Shown one piece after another: positions 9,518 through 17,083 of a stretch of 64,000 nucleotides of DNA (position 1 is the first letter of the stretch; every line of letters begins with the position of its first letter). Where the stretch lies: the IMG/VR virus record IMGVR_UViG_3300031998_000009, positions 96,001-160,000 of that record, one strand, 5' to 3'. Made by a program: the position numbers and the translations under genes. Source of the DNA: a virus (Duplodnaviria; Caudoviricetes). Under the pieces are notes generated by a model that saw only the letters and a list, made by a program, of their open reading frames with translations, did no database searches and had not been told where the DNA came from.

Positions 9518-9903
9518 TACTTCCTGTTCCCAAAGTTATATTTTTCCATTGTTTCCTTTAACTTGTCTAACTTATTATGCATTAACTTACCTTTGGATGT
9601 AGGTATATCACACATTGTTAGACAGTCTTTCCACGGTCTCTTTTCAATTTCATAATATTGGAAAAGTAACAATACTTGCATGGCATCTGAGAATTCTTTC
9701 TTTGTAGGAACTTTAACTGTTTTACCCGCAAAATATTTAATAAAGTTCATAAAAGAATCTATATCTAGTAAATAACATAATTCGGATAAAGTTGTATACT
9801 CAGGTACCTTGTGTAGGTCATATAAGAAACTACACAAAATAGAATAAACATCAGGTTTGCTTAAATTACCTATCACTTCTGATAAGTTCGGAGTATTCTT
9901 CAT
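9514..9903 (-). CDS. putative Mor/C-like transcription regulator
   Basis: FIKYFAGKTVKVP resembles the Mor-family FGG-x-x-I-Y-I-P motif; helical C-terminus. Confidence 0.45.
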   Translation of the reverse strand: MKNTPNLSEVIGNLSKPDVYSILCSFLYDLHKVPEYTTLSELCYLLDIDSFMNFIKYFAGKTVKVPTKKEFSDAMQVLLLFQYYEIEKRPWKDCLTMCDIPTSKGKLMHNKLDKLKETMEKYNFGNRKY

Positions 9904-10634
9904 CGTTTACTCTCCTTCTCCTTTGTGAACGATTCGTCAACTATTAACTGCATTTCTAAATCGGCATCTACGTTATCCATTATAGATTCTGTAAAACCTG
10001 CATTTCTAAATTCTTTTTTGAACTGTTCCATAACTATTTCTACATAAGGTTCTATATTCGGTTCTATTCTAAAATAAAATGGCTTATCCTTATCTATCTC
10101 CCTTAACAGGTTTAGACAGACATTTGTGTATAAGGATAGCCACTCTTTTGTACCTTTTTTAAATTTTGTTTTAGACATAGTTTGTTCTATTAGTGATGGT
10201 ATATTATCTAACATTATGTTTCTTTGCATTTTATCGAATTCTTCTGTACAAGACATTGACGAACTTGCACACATTCTTTTTACTTTTTCTCTTAAATGTG
10301 GGTCTGTTTCTGTGTTTATTATTTCATGTTCTATTTTCTTTTGGTTTGGAACATATGATAATTTTATCATTTTTCCTATATAATATATCCAGGCATATAT
10401 TTTTCTTCCATTTAGTACATTCATCCATGTATCTGCCGCTACATCATGACAGACATCTTCTACACCGTTATAACCATAATAGAATTTATTTTGATTTATA
10501 AAAATGTATGCTAATTTTTTAAGTAGTACATACATTTCTTCATTTCTTGGATCATTTTCTGCGAGATAGGTTAATCTTTGTTCTATCTCCAATATTTTCT
10601 TATTTCGTGTTGGTTTGTCTTTCTTGTCTGTCAT
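9900..10634 (-). CDS. putative divergent (late) sigma-factor-like protein
   Basis: LAYIF..KFYYGYNGVEDVCHD...AWIYYIG resembles sigma region 2 / T4 gp55; by eye only. Confidence 0.35.
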   Translation of the reverse strand: MTDKKDKPTRNKKILEIEQRLTYLAENDPRNEEMYVLLKKLAYIFINQNKFYYGYNGVEDVCHDVAADTWMNVLNGRKIYAWIYYIGKMIKLSYVPNQKKIEHEIINTETDPHLREKVKRMCASSSMSCTEEFDKMQRNIMLDNIPSLIEQTMSKTKFKKGTKEWLSLYTNVCLNLLREIDKDKPFYFRIEPNIEPYVEIVMEQFKKEFRNAGFTESIMDNVDADLEMQLIVDESFTKEKESKR

Positions 10635-10806
10635 TTATATTACCCTCTTTATCAAATAGCTGTATGCTCTGTAATCGTTCCTTCTTCCACATCTGATAAC
10701 ATACAGGACCAAAACCGATAGATTTACTATGTTCTCCTCGAAGCAATTTACCACACCTCCGACACAATACTTGTTCCTCTTTTTCCACGTTCTCTTTGGT
10801 ATTCAT
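10600..10806 (-). CDS. DUF6011-like Zn-finger protein
   Basis: CRRCGKLL...S...GFGPVC motif. Confidence 0.7.
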   Translation of the reverse strand: MNTKENVEKEEQVLCRRCGKLLRGEHSKSIGFGPVCYQMWKKERLQSIQLFDKEGNINDRQERQTNTK

Positions 10807-10818
10807 GTTTCACACTCC

Positions 10819-11763
10819 TCACATGACGTTTACAATAAGATAATCCACAACATCTTCCGATGTAACAATACCTTGTTTTACGGCTTTTTCATAATATTTT
10901 AAATATTTCATGAATGTAACAAGTTCTTCTATTTTATATTTATTTACATACTCCATAGCTGTTTTGACTTGATAACCTGTTAAACCTGTTGATTCTGTTA
11001 CGTTTTTAGTACCTGCTAGTGTTATTTGAAGTACAGCTTTTACATTGTTATGAAGTAAGGAAACAATCATTAAAGGATTATCACCACGTTTTTTAGAATT
11101 TTCCATAAAAGAGTAGACGTGTTTATAATCTCTTTTCATAATACAATCTACTAATTCATACACTTCACCACTTATTTCAGAATAAAAAACTCCATTCTGT
11201 TTGCATATTCTAAAAGCATCGTTATCTGAAAGTCTTCTAGCTTTCTTTAGATTCTTAACTTTATCAACTTCTAGAAGTATTCTACCATAACTTTTACCAC
11301 ATAATTCGGCAAGGTACAAACAATCCTCTTCGGATATATCTAAATCTTTACGAATGTATTTACACAACATACTTTCAGACAAATATGTGAACTCTACAAT
11401 ATTATCTACAAACTTCTTACTAAATTTAGAACGTGAATCTATATTTCCGTATTTCATGATTACTGTGATATTTTTTGATTTGAGTTGTTTCTCAAGCCCT
11501 TCCCAGCTCTTTTCATCCGTTAAGAATGATTTATCATCACGAATAACATATATAGATTTACTACTCGCAAATAAAGACTTGGTATTCAATGTTTTGATGA
11601 TGTTTTGTATAGACTCAGATTTATAGGTTATTCCATCTATTTTCTCACATAATTTGTTGATGTATATATTCAGTATTTGAAATTCTTCCCCATAAAAGAT
11701 ATACAGATTTCTAAATGATCCTTCAGACATGGATTTCTTTAATTCCATCAAGGTCATTAGCAC
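10819..11763 (-). CDS. holA: DNA polymerase III delta-like clamp loader subunit
   Basis: NLYIFYGEE, KSLF clamp-binding motif, ILLEVDK; adjacent to delta-prime and gamma. Confidence 0.85.
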   Translation of the reverse strand: MLMTLMELKKSMSEGSFRNLYIFYGEEFQILNIYINKLCEKIDGITYKSESIQNIIKTLNTKSLFASSKSIYVIRDDKSFLTDEKSWEGLEKQLKSKNITVIMKYGNIDSRSKFSKKFVDNIVEFTYLSESMLCKYIRKDLDISEEDCLYLAELCGKSYGRILLEVDKVKNLKKARRLSDNDAFRICKQNGVFYSEISGEVYELVDCIMKRDYKHVYSFMENSKKRGDNPLMIVSLLHNNVKAVLQITLAGTKNVTESTGLTGYQVKTAMEYVNKYKIEELVTFMKYLKYYEKAVKQGIVTSEDVVDYLIVNVM

Positions 11764-12617
11764 ACACCTCCGGCAATATCAATATGGGTATTTAGAATCC
11801 AGTTATCAATAATCATTTGTTTACTGCTACCTTTCATCTGTAACTCAGACAGATGTTTACTAGTGTTTTTAATTATTTTACAGAATACTTCTGTATCTTC
11901 CTTGCTGCAATTTTCTAATAGATAATTATTACAACATAACATGATACATCTTAAATACAGTATTGGGTCAAACTTTTCGGATTCTTCATCTTTCCTTAAA
12001 TTTAGAAATGTAGATATTTTGAATTCATTAGCCAGATTAGCAGAACCTATGAATTGAATAAACTTATCTGCTAGATTATATAATTCTGTCACGTCTAGTT
12101 TGGAACAGTTCAGAACATCCTGTGGTGTACTACATATACTCTTTACAATATTTAATTCTTTAGATTTGAACTCTATCTTTTTTTCGTTTATAAAGTTTTG
12201 CAGGTCCGTTTGAGTATATGGATCCAGATAAAATACAGTTCCTCTACTAACAATGGTTCCTAAAACACTATTGATATCCTGAACGGTCATAATGAAATAA
12301 GAATCGTTTGGAGGTTCTTCTGTTACTTTTAGAAGTGCATTTTTAGAAGTAACAGACATACCGTCACAATCAAAAAACATATATAATGTCTTCTCTGTAA
12401 CTGTATATGAATTATATATTACTTCTCTTACACTATCTGCTTTAATATCACAAGGAACAAAGTTTGCCCCTAACTGTTTAGCAGCATAATCAGATATTAA
12501 CTTCTTTCCGGAACCTACATTACCTACAAGAATACTGAATCTAGGAAATCTTCCAGTTTCGACTAGATGGTTTATCTTATCTAGAAGTTTTGTTTGACCA
12601 CAAATATACATATTCAT
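11757..12617 (-). CDS. holB: DNA polymerase III delta-prime-like clamp loader subunit
   Basis: GNVGSGKK, NALLKVTEEPP, TIVSRG. Confidence 0.85.
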   Translation of the reverse strand: MNMYICGQTKLLDKINHLVETGRFPRFSILVGNVGSGKKLISDYAAKQLGANFVPCDIKADSVREVIYNSYTVTEKTLYMFFDCDGMSVTSKNALLKVTEEPPNDSYFIMTVQDINSVLGTIVSRGTVFYLDPYTQTDLQNFINEKKIEFKSKELNIVKSICSTPQDVLNCSKLDVTELYNLADKFIQFIGSANLANEFKISTFLNLRKDEESEKFDPILYLRCIMLCCNNYLLENCSKEDTEVFCKIIKNTSKHLSELQMKGSSKQMIIDNWILNTHIDIAGGVC

Positions 12618-13639
12618 GCCTCCGAACAGAGTAAAATAAATGTGGACTCAATCATTGGTTTAGGTGTAGACTCCCACTTAATGCTATTATTCAGATTGAT
12701 CATTTCATTAAGAAGTGTTATAAAGAACTTAAAATCTGAATTATTATATTTGGACATTCTATTATCATAAAGATTAGGTATTTGAATAAATTCGAAAGAT
12801 CTACAAATATCATATTTACAAAGGTCTAGCACAAATGCATTGTAATTCTTGATAAACTGCTTTAGGTCCATACCATCTCTGTAAATAGTTTCAATTATAT
12901 TTATGACTGTTTTCTTATCCATCTTGCACAATGCGTCTGTAAGATCAAAAAGTGTATTATAGTCAACTGTTCCTAATGCTTTAACAACACTTTCCATGGT
13001 AACATCGTTAGAAAAACCTAATACTTTTTCCATAAGAGTAATAGCGTCACGCATACCGCCATCAGCAAGTTTTGCAATATAGCTAATTGCGTCTTCATTA
13101 TATGTATAGGAACATCCTTCTTTATTTTCCATTTCCAATATATACTTCAGACGTTTTGTAATACCGCTGTGAGATATTTTCTTAAAATCATATCTTTGTA
13201 CTCTTGATAGAATTGTATTAGGTATTTTTTGAGGATCTGTTGTAGCAAAAATAAATATGCTTGTAGGTGTAGGTTCTTCAGTTGTCTTGAGTAAACATTG
13301 CCATGAGGTATTGCTCAGCGAGTGGGCCTCATCAATGATATACACCCGATAGTCACAACCAATAGGCTTAAACTTCGAATCATCTATTAGTTTTCTAACA
13401 TCCTCTACACCACTATGAGAAGCTGCGTCTAGCTCTACAATACCGTTTCCATTATTATTGATATACTTTGCAAATAACCTAGCGTCAGTCGTTTTGCCAG
13501 TGCCGGCAGGTCCACAAAACAAATAAGAATTTCGAATTGATTTAGTTTCAATCTGATTCTTCAATATTGCTTTAATAACATCCTGTTCTACTACTTCTTC
13601 AAATGTGGCAGGTCTATACTTCACAGCTAATGTTGGCAT
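12614..13639 (-). CDS. dnaX: DNA polymerase III gamma-like clamp loader ATPase
   Basis: LAVKYRP, GPAGTGKTT, ELDAAS, IIDEAH, LLKTTEEP, TILSR, GGMRDA. Confidence 0.95.
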   Translation of the reverse strand: MPTLAVKYRPATFEEVVEQDVIKAILKNQIETKSIRNSYLFCGPAGTGKTTDARLFAKYINNNGNGIVELDAASHSGVEDVRKLIDDSKFKPIGCDYRVYIIDEAHSLSNTSWQCLLKTTEEPTPTSIFIFATTDPQKIPNTILSRVQRYDFKKISHSGITKRLKYILEMENKEGCSYTYNEDAISYIAKLADGGMRDAITLMEKVLGFSNDVTMESVVKALGTVDYNTLFDLTDALCKMDKKTVINIIETIYRDGMDLKQFIKNYNAFVLDLCKYDICRSFEFIQIPNLYDNRMSKYNNSDFKFFITLLNEMINLNNSIKWESTPKPMIESTFILLCSEA

Positions 13640-13698
13640 AATAAGAGTTCCTCCTAATTATAAAAATAAAAAAGTGTAGAAAATATTTCTACAATTAA

Positions 13699-13727
13699 AG
13701 TATAACACATTTCCTAATAAAAGTCAA
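13699..13727 (-). promoter_or_regulatory. sigmaA-type promoter of clamp-loader operon
   Basis: TTGACT-17bp-TATACT, extended -10 TG. Confidence 0.8.
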
Positions 13728-13765
13728 TAGTTTATTGGAAATTTCTTTCTTAATTTTTATATTTA

Positions 13766-13811
13766 TAAATGTAAAAGCAGTATGTTTTTTCACATACTGC
13801 TTTTACATTTA
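13766..13811. terminator. 20-bp perfect inverted repeat / terminator
   Basis: TAAATGTAAAAGCAGTATGT / ACATACTGCTTTTACATTTA at the stop of the resolvase gene. Confidence 0.7.
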
Positions 13812-14144
13812 GCTTTCATTTAAATATTCGATAAACTTTTTCATAACACTTTCAGGTAAAACATAATAGTTTTCACCGTCTCCAAAGTCAAATGCTAGTA
13901 TAGGATAGCGTTTTCCCATAGCGTAGCATTGTTCATCCACTTTTTCTAACCATTCTTTTTTAATAGAGAACGACTTCTTTTCTGTAACACAGGTCTTACA
14001 TTCGATTAAACAAGTATCACTAACCACATCACCTTTTAGAAAATCACTAGATCCACTACTTGTTTGAACCTTGGCACCTAGTTTTTTAGCGGTTCGTTTT
14101 TCTTGTTTATCACTATAATATCTTGTAGGTTTCTTTTCCATCAT
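13809..14144 (-). CDS. Hjc-like PD-(D/E)XK nuclease, putative Holliday junction resolvase
   Basis: QE...SG...KGDV...LIECKT. Confidence 0.75.
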   Translation of the reverse strand: MMEKKPTRYYSDKQEKRTAKKLGAKVQTSSGSSDFLKGDVVSDTCLIECKTCVTEKKSFSIKKEWLEKVDEQCYAMGKRYPILAFDFGDGENYYVLPESVMKKFIEYLNES

Positions 14145-14518
14145 TGATCCTCAAGATAACTCTTAATAGAGTTTATAGACCCATCTGCAAAATTATAGAG
14201 AATATCAAGTTCGTGTGCGATTGTGTCTAACTGTTTCATTCTTAATTTTACAGCCTGTTTGACCATGGACATAAATCGTTTCATAAGTTTCTTTCTGGCA
14301 ATGCGTTCACCCATATCCTTATTATAAGTATCACCGTTCTTGCAAATGGTTTTAGAAGTTATGATATAGATACCTTTATGTCTGTTGAGAAACAAATCTC
14401 CAAATTCATATGCAATAATTTCGGGTACGTTGTCATAGTATATTTTTGCCTGTGCTACAGTAATATCTCCGTAGTGCTTAAATGTAATGTCCAATGGGTT
14501 GCCTTTAAATTTTTTCAT
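14141..14518 (-). CDS. phage hypothetical protein
   Basis: C-x3-D-x-Y-N-x3-G-x2-IA motif; start at 14518 behind AGGAGG. Confidence 0.65.
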   Translation of the reverse strand: MKKFKGNPLDITFKHYGDITVAQAKIYYDNVPEIIAYEFGDLFLNRHKGIYIITSKTICKNGDTYNKDMGERIARKKLMKRFMSMVKQAVKLRMKQLDTIAHELDILYNFADGSINSIKSYLEDQ

Positions 14519-15014
14519 GTGTGTTTTTCCTCCTACAATATTCTTCACAATCTTCTTGTGTTATATAAAAAACATCGGAACAGGGTAATTCCAGATGTTC
14601 TTCATTAAATTTATCGTATATACTCGCTTCTCTAATAGATACGAACGAATCATTATAAGTACAATCATAGAATACGACATTATTTTGAATAGACATATTA
14701 GTAACAGTGACTTCTTCTGTTTTATAATTGGCTTTATATTCCCTACAACTACACAGTTTATAAGAAACAGAGAAAGAATTATCAACTAATACTAATCCAT
14801 CTTTATTACATTTATTACATTTCTTGGAACGTATATATTGTATCGTGGGTCGATAAATGGTACATAATCTGAACTTATTTAGAGATATACCCGGTTTAAT
14901 TACCTCGGCAAGTTTATTCTTATAATCAAAAACTTCTTTTCTTAATGAGTCTATATAGTTTAAGATATCGAGTTTCATCTCAATATCTTCTTGCAGATAA
15001 TCTCTTGGATTCAT
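14505..15014 (-). CDS. hypothetical protein with CxxC Zn motifs
   Basis: CNKC...CSC; AAGGAGG SD. Confidence 0.65.
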   Translation of the reverse strand: MNPRDYLQEDIEMKLDILNYIDSLRKEVFDYKNKLAEVIKPGISLNKFRLCTIYRPTIQYIRSKKCNKCNKDGLVLVDNSFSVSYKLCSCREYKANYKTEEVTVTNMSIQNNVVFYDCTYNDSFVSIREASIYDKFNEEHLELPCSDVFYITQEDCEEYCRRKNTHEKI

Positions 15015-15038
15015 TCAGTTTCCTCCTTAATACAATTT

Positions 15039-15240
15039 TGGGAACCTCCCTTATATAGGAAAATATACAAGGGAGGCTGGAACTTTCGTACCATTCACCA
15101 AAGGTGTTGTTCCCACAGGAAGTTCTTACATAGGAGGTCGAGAACCCATGGACAAAAAGGATGGCATTCTTCTAGAATCTAAACTTTTGAACTTCCAAGC
15201 GATTTAGATTCTACTCGACATGACCCAACAAAGCTGGGTG
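15039..15240 (-). ncRNA. unknown structured RNA downstream of tRNA-Phe
   Basis: Multiple nested stems, GAAA tetraloop; no credible ORF. Confidence 0.5.
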
Positions 15241-15241
15241 T

Positions 15242-15317
15242 TGGTGTCCCGGAACAGAATCGAACTGTTGACACGGGGATTTTCAGTCCCCTGCTCTACC
15301 ATCTGAGCTACCGAGAC
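15242..15317 (-). tRNA. tRNA-Phe(GAA)
   Basis: Cloverleaf, loop CTGAAAA, encoded CCA. Confidence 0.95.
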
Positions 15318-15323
15318 AAATAA

Positions 15324-15407
15324 CGGAAGGAGAGGGACTCGAACCCTCGCACCTTACGGTCTAGCGGTTTAGCAAACCGTCCCCTTCACCAGCTTGAGCA
15401 TCCTTCC
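15324..15407 (-). tRNA. tRNA-Ser(GCT)
   Basis: Cloverleaf with long variable arm, loop TTGCTAA. Confidence 0.93.
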
Positions 15408-15411
15408 TAAA

Positions 15412-15483
15412 AGTGGATGAAGGGAATTGAACCCTCATTACCTGCTTGGAAGGCAGGAGTCTTAACCATTCGACGACATCCAC
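15412..15483 (-). tRNA. tRNA-Gly(TCC)
   Basis: Cloverleaf, loop CTTCCAA. Confidence 0.93.
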
Positions 15484-15487
15484 AAAG

Positions 15488-15561
15488 TCCTCACAGTAGG
15501 ATTCGAACCTGCGACCTACCGCTTAGAAGGCGGTTGCTCTATCCAACTGAGCTATGTGAGG
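15488..15561 (-). tRNA. tRNA-Arg(TCT)
   Basis: Cloverleaf, loop CTTCTAA. Confidence 0.93.
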
Positions 15562-15564
15562 AGA

Positions 15565-15972
15565 TTAGCTACAATTATGACAAGTGTAATGACTACCATC
15601 GATAAATAATTGTCCAGACCAATTTGTATGAACATTAGGTAAATATAATCTAAATGTATCGATTATCATTTCTTTTATTATAGATGTATTTATGCACTTA
15701 TCCATATAAACATTTGATTCGTATATAACTGTTCCATTCACTTGTTTATGGGGTAGTACCTCAACTCTTCCTCTCGGAAAATAGTCATAAGGAACAGGTT
15801 TACCATCTACGATATATTTGTTTTTTAATGTTTCCCAAGATTTCTTGTGAAGTAAGTTTGTCATAAAATATGGATCATTAGGATCAACTGGATCTGTTAA
15901 TGCTACTAGTTCGTTATTTATAACCCAAAATATTCCTTCACAAAGAACTTGTAGACTTTCATAAACTATCAT
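15565..15972 (-). CDS. hypothetical protein within tRNA array
   Basis: 135-aa ORF, GIFW...H...W...YDYFPRGRV...HYTC. Confidence 0.7.
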   Translation of the reverse strand: MIVYESLQVLCEGIFWVINNELVALTDPVDPNDPYFMTNLLHKKSWETLKNKYIVDGKPVPYDYFPRGRVEVLPHKQVNGTVIYESNVYMDKCINTSIIKEMIIDTFRLYLPNVHTNWSGQLFIDGSHYTCHNCS

Positions 15973-16052
15973 TATTTATCATCCTTACCCAGAATACAGC
16001 AAGAATATAGAATTAATGTTATGAATACAGCTACAAATAAAATAACTTTCAT
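15972..16052 (-). CDS. 26-aa single-pass membrane peptide MKVILFVAVFITLILYSCCILGKDDK
   Basis: AAAGGAGG SD; TAATG coupling to the next gene; below the ORF-track cutoff. Confidence 0.6.
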   Translation of the reverse strand: MKVILFVAVFITLILYSCCILGKDDK

Positions 16053-16080
16053 ATATTATTCCTCCTTTATGGAGAAGAAA

Positions 16081-16164
16081 TGGAAGAGATTGGATTCGAA
16101 CCAATGAAGCACATAGGCAACAGATTTACAGTCTGCCCCCTTTGACCAACTCGGGAACTCTTCC
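16081..16164 (-). tRNA. tRNA-Tyr(GTA)
   Basis: Cloverleaf with variable arm, loop CTGTAAA. Confidence 0.93.
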
Positions 16165-16176
16165 AAATTATATTTA

Positions 16177-16311
16177 ATGCCGGGTGAGTAGTTTCAACCT
16201 CACGCATTCCCGTCCAGAGTTACATAACCTTTTTAACGGAGTTGGTCCTCCGAATGTTCTGTCGTAGGGACTGTATTTTCTTTTCGACTTTTAATGCTTG
16301 TCTACCGACAA
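16177..16311 (-). ncRNA. unknown ~135-nt RNA with tRNA-like ends
   Basis: UGUCGG/CCGGCA terminal stem, GCAUU/AAUGC stem, GUGAG-GUUGAAACUA-CUCAC T-arm-like hairpin. Confidence 0.5.
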
Positions 16312-16320
16312 TAAATATAA

Positions 16321-16395
16321 TGACCCTAACGGGATTTGAACCCATGTTTTCAGAATGAAAATCTGACGTCCTAGACCAGACTAGACGATAGGGCC
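16321..16395 (-). tRNA. tRNA-Glu(TTC)
   Basis: Cloverleaf, loop TTTTCAT. Confidence 0.92.
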
Positions 16396-16397
16396 GG

Positions 16398-16472
16398 TGG
16401 TTGTCGTGGTTGGATTTGAACCAACGAATAACGGCTTCAAAGACCGCTGCCTTTCCACTTGGCGACACGACA
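16398..16472 (-). tRNA. tRNA-Gln(TTG)
   Basis: Cloverleaf, U1-A72, loop CTTTGAA, encoded CCA. Confidence 0.92.
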
Positions 16473-16480
16473 ATCACGAA

Positions 16481-16562
16481 TACTACCTGTGGGACTTGAA
16501 CCCACATTCCTTTCGGAACTGGTTTTTGAGACCAGTGCGTATGCCAATTCCGCCAAGGTAGT
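16481..16562 (-). tRNA. tRNA-Leu(CAA)
   Basis: Cloverleaf with variable arm, loop CTCAAAA. Confidence 0.93.
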
Positions 16563-16569
16563 ATAAGAA

Positions 16570-16644
16570 TCGGAATGACAGGATTCGAACCTGCGACATC
16601 CTGCTCCCAAAGCAGGTGATCTAGCCAAACTGATCTACATTCCG
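16570..16644 (-). tRNA. tRNA-Pro(TGG)
   Basis: Cloverleaf, loop TTTGGGA. Confidence 0.93.
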
Positions 16645-16647
16645 AAT

Positions 16648-16765
16648 TGTGTCAACTCAGCTTTACCTCGCCATTAACGACCATTGTCACTTTTGCCGGC
16701 TACCATACTCGTAGCTTTGCTGCTTCTAAATAAGATAATTATAACGAGCAGCGGTTATAATTAAA
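16648..16765 (-). ncRNA. unknown structured RNA with possible pseudoknot
   Basis: 10-bp stem whose loop GCUGCU can pair with downstream AGCAGC; GCUAC/GUAGC hairpin. Confidence 0.4.
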
Positions 16766-16769
16766 TTAG

Positions 16770-16853
16770 TGCTGCTGACCGGACTTGAACCGGTACGGTG
16801 TATCCACCGAGAGATTTTAAGTCTCTTGCGTCTGCCGATTTCGCCACAGCAGC
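16770..16853 (-). tRNA. tRNA-Leu(TAA)
   Basis: Cloverleaf with variable arm, loop CTTAAAA. Confidence 0.93.
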
Positions 16854-16861
16854 AAATATTA

Positions 16862-16933
16862 AGACAAGGGTGAGATTCGAACTCACGATCGCGGTGTTGC
16901 AGACCGCTGTCTTAACCGCTTGACTACCTTGTC
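16862..16933 (-). tRNA. tRNA-Cys(GCA)
   Basis: Cloverleaf, loop CTGCAAC, U discriminator. Confidence 0.92.
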
Positions 16934-16934
16934 G

Positions 16935-17006
16935 TTATGTGAATCTGTTTTGTATGTACGCCGATAATCGTTCTTTCAAAATTATTCGTGTAACAGATTC
17001 ACATAA
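16935..17006. repeat. 15-bp perfect inverted repeat between tRNA-Sup and tRNA-Cys
   Basis: TTATGTGAATCTGTT (16935-16949) / AACAGATTCACATAA (16992-17006). Confidence 0.85.
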
Positions 17007-17008
17007 AA

Positions 17009-17081
17009 TGGGATTGGACAGGATTTGAACCTGCGATCTGGGCTTTAGACGCCCTTGCCTTACCCACTTGGCTACAATCCC
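17009..17081 (-). tRNA. amber suppressor-like tRNA (anticodon CTA), Gln-like body, aberrant
   Basis: GGGATTG/CAATCCC acceptor; GCC-AAGTGGGTAA-GGC D arm; GGGC-GTCTAAA-GCCC anticodon arm; GCAGG-TTCAAAT-CCTGT T arm; extra C before the acceptor 3' strand. Confidence 0.75.
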
Positions 17082-17083
17082 TA

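Noticed and set aside
16220-16628. ORFs 16220-16507 and 16437-16628
   Set aside because: They are translations of tRNA genes
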